DNA of 64,000 nucleotides. It comes from Glaucostegus cemiculus (lineage: Eukaryota). Position 1 is the first letter of the stretch. Each line of letters starts with the position of its first letter. The DNA lies in the NCBI GenBank assembly GCA_976551045.1, contig CDPCPM010000793.1:1-64000 (forward strand), written 5' to 3'. The translations under genes were made by a program, and so were the position numbers. Of the stretch, positions 23,501 through 34,679 are shown piece by piece. The notes below the pieces were generated by a model. The model was given only the letters and a program-made list of their open reading frames with translations, was not told the origin of the DNA and made no database searches.

Positions 23501-26500
23501 GGCCAGAGTATTGTTAAAATCCGGATTATTATCCATCACAATGGCCTCCTGCGTATGAACGCACCTGGCTAAATGTCACCTTTGAAAATCACTAGTTCAT
23601 TCTCTTTGTGCGAGGAGCATCCTTTAACAAAAATAAAGCTAGACAGTTTCCTTTGGTCATGTTGGGAGTGAAAGGGAGGCGTGGATGGGAAGGACGTTTA
23701 TAAAATTCAAGTTTATAGCGGGAATATAACATTGGTAAAAAGTCACTCAAGGCGTGTAAAATTACGAAAACAATACCTGACAGAAATATATATTTCATAT
23801 CACCGTGACTTCAAGAATGAGTGACTGGTGCACAACGAGCAGTCAGAGCAATGACTCCAAGTCAGACTACATTTGAAACCCTAAATATTTTCACAATTGC
23901 GATGTCCATTTTTAAACTCAATTATTCCCACAAATAAACACATATCTTTTCAGAAGAAATTCCCCTGGAATTTATCTAGCAGTTTCAAAAGGGTAGGTGT
24001 TTGGTACGAAGAGAAGTCTTTGCTGAGCGGAAATACTTTGTGGCATTTTACTTCCAGGCAACGAGAGAAAGGCGAATTTCTTACATAATGCAACACACCC
24101 ACCCCTCCACACCTCGCTCTGGCTGTGGCCGCATTATATAACTTTTTAATTATATCTGTATATCGTGTGGTCCGTATTCGACAGCGACTCGGTAAAACGT
24201 TGTTTTAAAACTGCCAAGCAAAATAAACCTTAAAATGAGTATAAAATATTGGGTTTCGCTTGCATATTAGTTGGACTTGAGGTAAAGAAGTTACTTTGAT
24301 GGAGCTTGACTTGAAACGTTCGTTGTTACAATGAATATTCAATCCTCGTCATTTATTTTTATCAGAAATGTCATGAAAGGGTCGCACCATCGCGAGTAGT
24401 AGGTTTGTTAAGTCCAATTAAACTTCAAGAGGCCGGTCCTCTTCGAGATCTTTGACTTTTTTTTGGAGCATATGTACTTCCTACCCTATGGACAGGTGTT
24501 CAATCATAAGACATGATACTATGTGTGTCGTGTGTCGTGTCAGTGACCCCATGAGATTGCTCCCCAAGTATCTTGTTGATACCCTGACCCACTTCATCTG
24601 ATGGCATCGGTATGTGATAAAGTATCCCGAAGACGGATACTAATACAATTGATCGGTGTAAAAACAAAATGGACTAGTTTTGCATTGTTGCTCGCCGACA
24701 AGTGCAATGTTCCTGAATAAAGAGTTATCTTTGGTTCTTTAGCAGAATTTTTTAAAGCACAAAGGGTAATATGTAACTGCAACTGGGTGACTGAAATGTT
24801 GCATCCTGTCAAGAATAAGTCATATCTTGACTGAAACCTGAAACATACTGTTCAGTAGCCCAGATCTGTGTTCTACAGAGTTCCATCTCTGTTGTGTTTC
24901 ACTATGGGAAACTAACCTGAATCATATAACAACTTCTGGTGTTAACAGCACCGAGCAGTAAAGTGCCTCCCTTTTCATTGGTGCATCCAACCAGATGGCT
25001 TTACTGTCAGCATTTGGTCATTGTAACTTAGGAAAAACAAAGCTTCTACAGTACTGACTTCCCAGGGTTATACACTGTATCTTCCCCGGTCCATGCAGAC
25101 CATTGTGTGCGGATTTAGTTCCATAAGGGACAAGAATCTAAACTTGCTTTGAAACTTGTTATGTTGACCAATAATTTACATAATTTTGTATACTCCATAA
25201 TGTATATTTAATGAAGGGGAGTTTGTATTTTTTTTAGTTGTTCGTTTTAGAGTTGATTGACCAATAGATTAAACAAAACATATAAATTATTATTTTTCTA
25301 ACATATAAGGTGGGGTAACTATTTTTTTTAAAGAATTGTGTTATAATATTCATTTTGTAGGCCACAGGGTTTTAGAATATACATTGCATGGTACTAAGGG
25401 AGTTTAATAAATTTACCCTGAAGCATATAGGGCGACTCGCAGTGGTCTGCGGCATTCTTTCATAGGGAATTCTTGTGTTAAACCTAAGTGAATTTGATAT
25501 TGCTGTTACTTGTGTAAGTACAGGCTGGTACACCTGACAGATGTGTCGGGAAAAGCCTGCGGCATTGATAACTGATTTGTTGTATCGCTGTGTTCAGTGG
25601 AGTATTCATTCAATTAGCATATTTGACAATGCTATCCCCAAATGGAAGCATCTTTTGTTGCCTCCTTGCCTCTGCGGCAATGTGGATAGCAAGGAACAGG
25701 GATAAAGTGAGTGATTCCCATCTGATTCTACGGTAACTGCCACCTTTCTGTAACGTATAAAGCAAAGTTTTGCCAATAAAATACCATATCATTATTTTGG
25801 TGTGCAAAATATATTCGAATAGAAAATAGTAAGTGGTGTATTTCATCGTAGATGAACGAAGCTCCCAGTACAACTAATATTTGTGCTTCTGGCGAAATCT
25901 CCCTGTCATTTATCCCGCTCTTTGTTATCCAACAGAGTTTTCATCTACAATACTGGGGTTGGTGTTATAGAATGGGTTTTTTTTTGGTCATTAGCTGTTG
26001 CATTTCCTCGGCCTGTGATACAAAGAGAATGCACTAGTGTGAGGTGACAGAACAGCTCTCACAGTGTTGAACTGTGCCCAGAACCGGGCCTTTCGCGTTC
26101 AACCAGCATAGAGCTCGAATTCAATCACATTCCAAATGTACACAGAACGACTCCACAATTGTAAGGGTCGTGCCTGAGCACAACCCACAGACCAGCCCCT
26201 TGCAAAGTTTTCTGGCCACTGGCACATACACGGGTATTTCTACAACATACACCTTGGTTGGTATATCCGAGGAAGTGAAATGGGTCAATGTTTGAAATAA
26301 AGTTCTTTTCATGAAGATGCTCCCAACGACTTTACAGCCACACACACTGAACGATGTTGGATGATGAAGGTGTACGGCCAGCGGCTTCATTCTTTTTTTT
26401 TGCAAAAGTCATAATAAAGTGTTGTAGAACGGAGTCCTAATGCAGGTCAATTAAGTCTTTGGTTTCGTTGGGCATATAAATATTATATTGTCTTTGAGTT

Positions 26501-26580
26501 CATTAATTAAACCTGCTGCCTGGAGGTCCTGGTCATTGATTTTAAAGCTATTCCACCGAGGTTTAGTCCGGGGTTCTCCT
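20500..26580 (-). other. ONECUT1: Predicted long (~6 kb) ONECUT1 3'UTR
   Basis: TE-free, AT-rich, with a dense strand-specific set of miRNA seed matches. Ends at a well-formed poly(A) signal. Internal AATAAA sites (e.g. 24352, 22885, 21783, 21505) could give shorter isoforms. Confidence 0.65.
22455..26463 (-). promoter_or_regulatory. Cluster of miR-9 and let-7 seed-match sites in the predicted 3'UTR
   Basis: miR-9 8mers (+strand TCTTTGGT) at 23295, 23305, 23360, 24728, 26456. 7mer-m8 (CTTTGGT) at 22455, 22967, 22997, 23141, 23651. let-7 8mer (TGAGGTAG) at 23350; 7mer-A1 (TGAGGTA) at 22895, 23094, 24278. Confidence 0.75.
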
Positions 26581-26873
26581 TCATGCTTTGGTACAAGTGC
26601 TTGATGAGGAAGATGAGTTGACTGGGTTGGAGGTGCCGTCATCCTGCCACTTATCCAAACTCCTCCGACGTGCGTTCATAAAGAAATTGCTGACGGTGCT
26701 CAGCTCCAAGCCCAGCTGCTGGGAAATGGTTATTTGCAATTCTTTGGACGGACGCTTGTTTTCTTTGAATATTGCGTGTAGAGTTCTGCGCTGAACATCC
26801 GTGAACACCAGCCGAGGTTTCTTGGGCGCGGCGCCCCTCTCTTTACCATGCTCCTGCTCTTTTCTTTTGCACG
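26581..26873 (-). CDS. ONECUT1: ONECUT1/HNF6 coding exon 2 (linker plus divergent homeodomain)
   Basis: Acceptor tctttgtcttgcAG|CG completes the phase-1 Ala codon (G+CG). Encodes ACKRKEQEHGK...KKPRLVFTDVQRRTLHAIFKENKRPSKELQITISQQLGLELSTVSNFFMNARRRSLDKW...SSSTCTKA, stop TGA at 26581-26583. 1108+293=1401 nt = 466 aa plus stop. Confidence 0.97.
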
Positions 26874-29800
26874 CTGCAAGACAAAGACGTAATATTAATC
26901 GATACCCACTCACAGCTCCGGAGAAAATACCAGACAACGGCAAGGTGAGAAACAGATGCAACGATCTAAAACAAAGACCGGGCTGCGTTATTTGGACCAG
27001 ACTTTCTTAGTTTTCAAATAAGATCCCAATTAGTCATTTAACGATTGGAGATTTCATTCACGAGGAGTTATTTGTCAATTTCGGGTCGATGACTGACAAC
27101 AATTTAAATGTAACCACTTGTGCGTGATTGGGGTTATTGACTACACGCAAGTCACCGCCAAAAGAGGTCTCCGGAGCAACATTTAAATATCTTTAGGCAT
27201 GTGCCCAAATCAAAACATTCTCAACGTGAGATGAAACATTAAAGCAAAACATTAACGAGGAACAAACGTCATTATCAGGCCAACCAACTTGTTCTGAGTG
27301 TTAACTCTGCAGTTATTTTCTGTGTTACCTTGTCTAGAACCATCTGACTCCAAGTCCACGTCCACTTCTTCGGTTCTCTCCCTATCCAGGAATTCGCCCA
27401 ACTCTCTCGAGTAAAGCTGCCAGGTTGTGGGTGCCCTGTACCTGGCATCATTTTGTCTCCCAATCTGGCTCCCTTTATGTGTAAAAACAAACGGACGCCG
27501 GAATTTGATTTGAGGGTGGATAGATTTTTTTTTTGTTTTTGTTGTTGTTTTTGTTGTTGTATGGTGAAATAAACCAACTGGTCAGAGGCGATGAAGATAC
27601 GGAAAGTATGTGCAAACACGATTAGGGTCTTTAAGACAGCGAGATGAAATTCAACTATGAATCAGTAGATGGCGCAGTTCTAACTAACTTTAAACCTTGA
27701 GACTACTCTGAAAATGAACTACATACAAGGTAATAGAGACAGATTCTCGATTGACTTGATAAACACAATTGTTTCCTGCACATTGAGATCAACGCCTTAA
27801 AAAGAGCATTATTAACTAGCGAACTAAATTAAATGTTATTTTTATAGCTTCGGTGAACTGCAGCAATTGTACCAACCGCTTTCATCTTAACTCCGCTTTA
27901 TAAATAAAATGCACCGAAACAAAATTTTGTAAACATTTAAATCCCACAATAGACAGTTCGCTCAGTGACACTGCAGAGGTCTTTTCAAATTGATGCAAAT
28001 TTCCTTCGATTTCAACCTTTGTTCCTTGATGTAAACACCACAATCCCTCTCGTTTTGGCTGCATTATTTTTCTTTAAAATCCACATTACTTAATTAAAAG
28101 GTTTCGGTTGTCAACGACTACAGTGCAAAATTGAACTGTGGCTGTCCAATGAAATATGCTTCAGCAGAGGTCAACAGTCTCATCTCGGGAGGTAAAAGAC
28201 TCATTCCACGCGGAGAGACACCTAACCTGCAGCCCAAGATAAAGATAGAGCTGTCAGATGTCATTTATCATGTAAATAACCAGGGGGAGGAAGGGAATAT
28301 CGACCAAAATTGCAACTTAAGATCGTCGTTTTAAATAGGATGTGAACTTTCAAAAACAATATTTGGGGTATTGGAAGGGGCAGAATGGAGCCGCGGAACT
28401 GTCCGTGGTGCTGAATGCAATATGCCCCGCGATACCTCGCGGAGATCTTGAGTCAGCAATGCTTCTGTACCGGCCCATTTTAAAAACAATCTCAGATTGT
28501 AAAATTAAACATTCCACGGGATTTCAATATACATTATGAGTAAAGCAATAATCCACTTAATCTCCATTTCCACACGTTGTTTTCAAAATAGAGTCACCTA
28601 AATTGCTTTTAATCTCTACCGACTGTAATTTGGACAGGACCGTTTTGAAATCATGCTGGAATTGGCTATCAGAGATACGTTGCGTAATCCATAATTATGC
28701 ATTGGCCCAATTTCCCCAGATTGCAGCCTCTAGCCAACATCTTGTTTTGATTCCTTGTGCTAAATTACCTCACTGCCCACTGCTGTAAACGTAGGTGTTT
28801 ACATCTATAAATATTTTTTCAGTTCCTGACGTAAGGAGCTGAAGCTGCGGAATCAACCAGATGGCGGCGCACTGGTCCTGTGGAACAAGTCGACGGTGAC
28901 GAAAAATCTTTAAAGATTCCGAAAAGTTTTAACGCATAGATGTCTACCACATTACGACGTTTTGTACTAAGAAGGAGGACGGAGAAAATATCTTTAAAAT
29001 CGTTTTACAAATAAGGAAGAAATATGCCATTTCCCTTATTTTATACTTGAAATTAGTTTTATTTGGAAAGACTAATAAAAGTCAGGATAAATAGAAAGTT
29101 TTTATTTCCTATTTACCATTGGAATATTTTAATCTCAGGATTTAAGCAACCACATATGCCATTTTTATCCACTAAACTCACGCGTTTAATTACTCAATAA
29201 CGGAACAAAACAGTGAGCAGCGGAGGAAGATCTTTGTTAATTCATTGTTGTTTTCTTTCTAAATTTGAGAATAAACTGATCAGCGTAATTGCCATGGATA
29301 TATCCACTGAGTATCTCCGGTCACAACCAGTAGCAAGGTGCCCGGAATAATAATGGAGCGAATTAAAACAAACTCCCGCTGAAAAGCCTTGAGTACAAGC
29401 TGTGCCAATTTCACTGCTGCCACAGGGCGTCCCCCTTTGCCTCCCTTTAATTGCTCCCACGTCATTTGACCTAAATCAATCACTTCACTCAAATTAGATA
29501 TAGGCAGATAACACTTTAAACTTCATCATTTAACTATTAATTACAATTGTCCTCATCTTTGTAAGTGCAAAAAGGCTATCAATTTTGCTTTTAATTATTT
29601 ACTGAAACCTAATCGAGGCGAAATTGTTGCACAAGTAGGTACGGGATGAACCAACAATAGCCTGTATTTCTATTCCAAACCCACCAGTTTGACAGTGCGT
29701 TTTGGCTGTAATATTATTGAACTCCACAAAGACTGGCTGAAAGTCTGCATGTTCAGTATTCCTCCTCTGTACAACGACAGGCAATCTAATACTATAGAAA

Positions 29801-32800
29801 ACGAAGGAACTAAACTCCAGCATTCTTAGCTCAAGACTAAAGGTTAAATATTTCGAAAACTGTGCTGCATTTTTAAAAAATCATTAATATCCTTAAATAG
29901 GCGACTGTGTTACCTGCCCAAATATCAGTAACATCGTTTTAATGCTGGTAAATGCCTTCAATTTAGACAAACATTAACAGAAAACAAATGTGCTTGGATA
30001 TTAGCTAGTTATAAATCAATGAGGTTACAAGGACACTGTCAGGCAAAATCAGGAAATGTCACAGGTGTAGAACTTTCCCAGAGTCCAAGCATTTAGCCTA
30101 AAATATTCCATAACTCGTATCGCTTCCCTTATCTTTACAATGTAAACAAGCAAATAGCGTGCAGTGTTGCAAACTGTGGAAACCAGTGCTTTCAAATGTA
30201 ACTAAGTTTATGAGAACCCAGAAGCTTCCATCCAAATGAGGCTCTTCCGATCACACAAAGAAGCATGCCAGACTCCAGGAGTTGCCGGGCTGTTCTAGGT
30301 TCAAATAAAGCCCAGAAGTGCACATCTGTACACTTCCACAGAAGGGGACTTTTAGGTCAGAATTTTAATTAAATAATTAATAACAAGAGACCTTTCTGGA
30401 AAGTACATCCTATAACTCTTGGAACATATCAAGGCCTTGTTAGAAGAGACAGCCGAAATAATTAACAATTTCAGGTTTCCAAGCAACGCAATATAAAATA
30501 TATAAAACATACCCCAAGGAAATTATTCACAGTATAATGATTGTTTCACAATTTAATTTTGACATTTAAAAGTACGGCGATGACCTTTCCTCCTGTCACC
30601 TATATTTTAGTTTGTCTAATTGGAGCCCAGAAGCAAATAAAAGTAATGAATTTCCAATATCATCGGTGATCACTTGTATTACTGCATGTGCAAAGGCACC
30701 GATTGTTGTGAAATTTGGCGTATAATCGCCAAATTTATATTGTATAATGTTATTTTGACAGCCTTGAAATCTAGTCTTTGATCTATATAAGTGGCACAAG
30801 AACACATCTTCCAAACGCTGGAACAAAAATGTGCTCGGGCTCCTTGCTATTGGAATTTACGCCAACCGCATTCTGCACTTTAACTCATTCTTGCGTCTGT
30901 AAATGATTGTTTGGAATCAACTACATGTAGGGAACGCGATGATAAGACAAAGCGAATGCTGACAACTGTTGTAATCACTTGGAGCAATGGCTATCTCTTT
31001 TCATAAATTAGAAATGTTTACAAATTCAGTCTTAAATGAATGTACGCCTTAAACCCGTGACATTTGCTCGTTTCCCTGTTACATGGGTCACAACGGAAGG
31101 ACTGCCATGCTAATATATTCACAAAATACCGACTCAGCAGCCTATTTGCATGCGCAGGCCTGTTGGTAACATTTAGCTAGTTTTTAATACGTAAAGTGAC
31201 TTCAACAGATTCCTATATATCTGGTTTAAGTACATTTCCTCCATCTAGAGATGCCGACACTCCCAATTATGCCGGGGTGAAACACATCAACACTCACGTG
31301 AAGAAATAGATATCAATAGTCCCCTAATTTGTCCTTGGAGGTGCAACTAGTGGGCGTTGCTGAGCGATACTCATTTGAATCGAATTAACTCATTTGGATG
31401 TAATGTTAAAAAAACTGCGCTGTCACGTTAGTGATTTTACACGGAGACAATCCATGATTTTGATTATTTTTTTAAAAAATCATTCAAACTAATTTGCATC
31501 TTTTACATTCTTATTGTTTAATTGAATATTATTGTCAGGTTAATGAACCTATTTTATACTTTCCTCACAAGTGAAATTCTCAAGAAATTCTTTATCTCTA
31601 TATTTAAATTACAATGCATGCTATGTAGATTAAAACCTACGCACTGATACAGTGGGGAATGAGAATTCATTTTGAACAAAGTATACTGTAACGTTGTGGA
31701 TTTAATTGCTTTACTGTTGCCGCACCTGTCAGCAGCTACCGACTACATGAACCAGTCTCTGCTGACGGGGCCATTTAAAGTCTGTTCCCAATATCGCCAA
31801 AACCTGTTAGCACCACCAAACCACCCAAAAAAAGCTTTTTGTTGATTCTTCCCCCCCCCCCCAATACCAGGATTGAGATCACCTCCCAGTCTGAAAATTA
31901 ATATTTGAAAATTAATTACGGCGCGTTCAAGATTTGTGTTATGCCATTTAATTTGTCTATCTAAATGTGAAACCAAGCGCTAATTAACCCATCGCCCTCT
32001 TTAAAATGCAAGACACCAAATAAAAATATAATTTTAACAACTCTTCAGCGACAGTTAGTAAATTAAATATATATAAAATAGGTAAATCTGGATTATATAC
32101 GACAAGGGAAGAACAAAATGGAGTGTAAAGAGGTCACCCTTGCAATTAGTATTTTCTGCTTGCATTTGAAGATAGTACAGGAAGTGTCAAGACCTCAATA
32201 TTCCTTACATGTAACTACCAATTTTGAGACTGTTTGCGGGAGGTTCAATGTAATCTCGGTACTAGAAATCCCCCAGGGATTCGCGGGAAGACGCAAACAC
32301 AGGAGGCGAGCTCGACAAAGCAAGAAGGGAATTGGATGAATAACACATTTCACTTTCGCAATGGAATTTGTTTCGGCCTCTTCATGCAAGGACTTTTTTT
32401 AAAAAAGAATGTGTCCTATATAAAGCAAAGAAACGCGATGCTCATCAGGTACAGATTGGTAAAAAAAAGGAAAGCATCCGGATTAACAGTGGCCAAATGA
32501 TCACTCCCCTACAATAAGCAGTAAAGGTTCAGCGTGTTCATTCCCCCAAAGGTCAAAACATAGCAAGAAGGCATTCAAGTTAATGAAACATTTTCAGTAC
32601 CCCCAAGATCTGACATAACTATCTGTTGTGGGATTTTAATGGCAATTATATATCAGGATTTAAAAAAATGGAATTTGGTTTGTTTAAATTATTTCTGCGG
32701 GTTATTGTACAATTTGTTCAGACAGATACGTCTTTCATTTTGTGTTTAAATGAGGGCCCGAGTTGTTCAGTGAGAAAGAATAAATAATAAATGAATTGAC

Positions 32801-34679
32801 TGAATAATAGATCACAGGTTAGGACACGTTTAGATAGCTTTCCATCAGGTTGTTATGTTTAGCAGCTATAAATGTAACGGCTCAACGTAAACATTTATTA
32901 CTTAATGGACGCCTAAAAATCGCAGTGTCAGAGATATTGCAACAACCACAGCAACCTCTTTTGAACACCACTATGAAGTGAAATAAATGCATATTAATAA
33001 GGCAAAGAGAACAGTTGTGGTTAAAGAGGTGATTAGCAATCCAAATCAGAGTGTGGGTATTTTCTGTTGAAATGGAGACGTGACCTGTTCCAACATCAGC
33101 CAACCCGCCTTGGCAGCGTTTACCTTCCGATAACACCCATAAGACTCTACAACATTTTCTAATTCAAGTGGTTGTTTCCAGTATCGATCCATGCAAATAA
33201 ATGTAGACTGAGGTCGACAAAATTGTCGTAAAAATACACTCAAGGCAGCGTCTAAAAATCGAACAATACGAATGTTATCAATCGTTCGATGGAGATTTCT
33301 TGACTAGTTATTTACTCAAGCGTACGCATGCTCTCACAGCAATTGAATTTGGATTTAAATTATAGAACACGAAGAGTTCGGGGTAGATCATTTAAATACA
33401 TGTACACGGCACCTCTGCTTTGAGTAAGCTACATTTTAAAGGGGAACATTCAAATGGTTTATTCTGTCAACTTGATTTTATACAGAAGTAATTCAGAATA
33501 TTGCTCGATATTATTCAACAAATCTTTGCTTTTTTACGAGGCTGGACTATTACTTTCAAAATAAATTATCTTTTCAGGTGAAACCTCAGGCTGTTCGAAC
33601 AATTCCCAAAATAAGCGATAACCAGGCGACTAATGTACTGCGATTCGCTTTAAAACCAAAACAAAGTTTCCTGTACATTTTACAGCTGGGGTTAGGAGAG
33701 ATTACGCGCATTAATTGCTTTCTCGTTTTATATAAACGTGCTTCTTTATAGAAATGTCACACACACGCGAACAAATACAAAAACAGCCTTCCTTTGTGCA
33801 CTTAGATCTGAATTAAAATTGCCCGCAAGTGCACGTCAGAGTCTGTGTGAAACGGATCACTGCTCCCGACTCTGGCTTAGATTGACTGTCTTTCGTTCTC
33901 TTGGGAAAAATTAATAGAGACCTATCAGTTAATTAACAAAGCCTCACGCAGGGCCACACCGAGAGAACAAACCCAGACTTCCCTCACTCGCTACAACACA
34001 ATCAGAAAGTTAGCCAAAGTAACAATTCGCCTTTTGTTTTGCAAATCGGTCGCGACAAATCTCATGCTCAATAAAATTGTAGGGGTAGAAATGAGGCCAA
34101 TTAAAATTACTCTTGGCTTCATTGTCAACCCAGAACGTGCAACAATAGTTAGTAATTTACTTTCACGGGCTTTCAAGAAGAATATTTGGACCCCGGTCTC
34201 TCCTGGATACCGATTGAACTTCACACCGTTACTGTAAGGGGAGCGGTTCGTTGCCAAAGGCACTGGATCAAGCCGTTACCCTGAAAGTAACCAAGTCACA
34301 GACCTGAGGTTACATTTTGCGAGACGTTTCTCATTCTGCAGCAGACAAATCGGCTGCGGTGAACTGACACCACCGGGTTTGTACAGTTGGGCACCAGACA
34401 CCGGTGTAGACAGGGCCAGGTCGCCACTCCAGCTGCAACTATAGATTAAAGAAAATGCTGTCAGGCTGGTGTGAGACCGGGGGGAGGGGGGGGAGCGGTT
34501 TGTCTGGCTTGGGATCCAGCAAGTTTCAGGTACAAACCGGACTAATGCTAAAGGACCGTTTTGTTTAACCGTGGTGGGATTCTGGATCACTGTATCCTTT
34601 CCCTGTTGAATGCATTTACCGAGACTGTGTGGCCGCGGGACCCAGCACAAGCCCCGATATAACGGCGAGCTCTGCTTAC
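26874..34679 (-). other. ONECUT1: ONECUT1 intron (GT-AG, phase 1, 7806 nt) between CUT and homeodomain exons
   Basis: GTAAGC donor and polypyrimidine+CAG acceptor join the two ORFs in frame at the position expected for vertebrate Onecut genes. Confidence 0.93.
28395..28415 (-). promoter_or_regulatory. RE1/NRSE (REST/NRSF binding element), intronic
   Basis: Minus strand reads TTCAGCACCACGGACAGTTCC, a 17/17 match to the RE1 core TTCAGCACCACGGACAG. Confidence 0.85.

Noticed and set aside
26874-26961. N-terminal extension of the 126-aa exon-2 ORF (MHLFLTLP...)
   Set aside because: Intronic sequence upstream of the acceptor, starting at a non-ATG codon.
34276-34679. 503-aa single-exon ORF reading 134 codons past the CUT domain
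   Set aside because: A canonical G|GTAAGC donor at the conserved position splices in frame to the homeodomain exon. The extension is intron read-through with no recognisable homology.
26874-34679. Cassette exon equivalent to the rat HNF6-beta 26-aa insert
   Set aside because: No segment with recognisable peptide similarity and flanking splice sites was found by eye.
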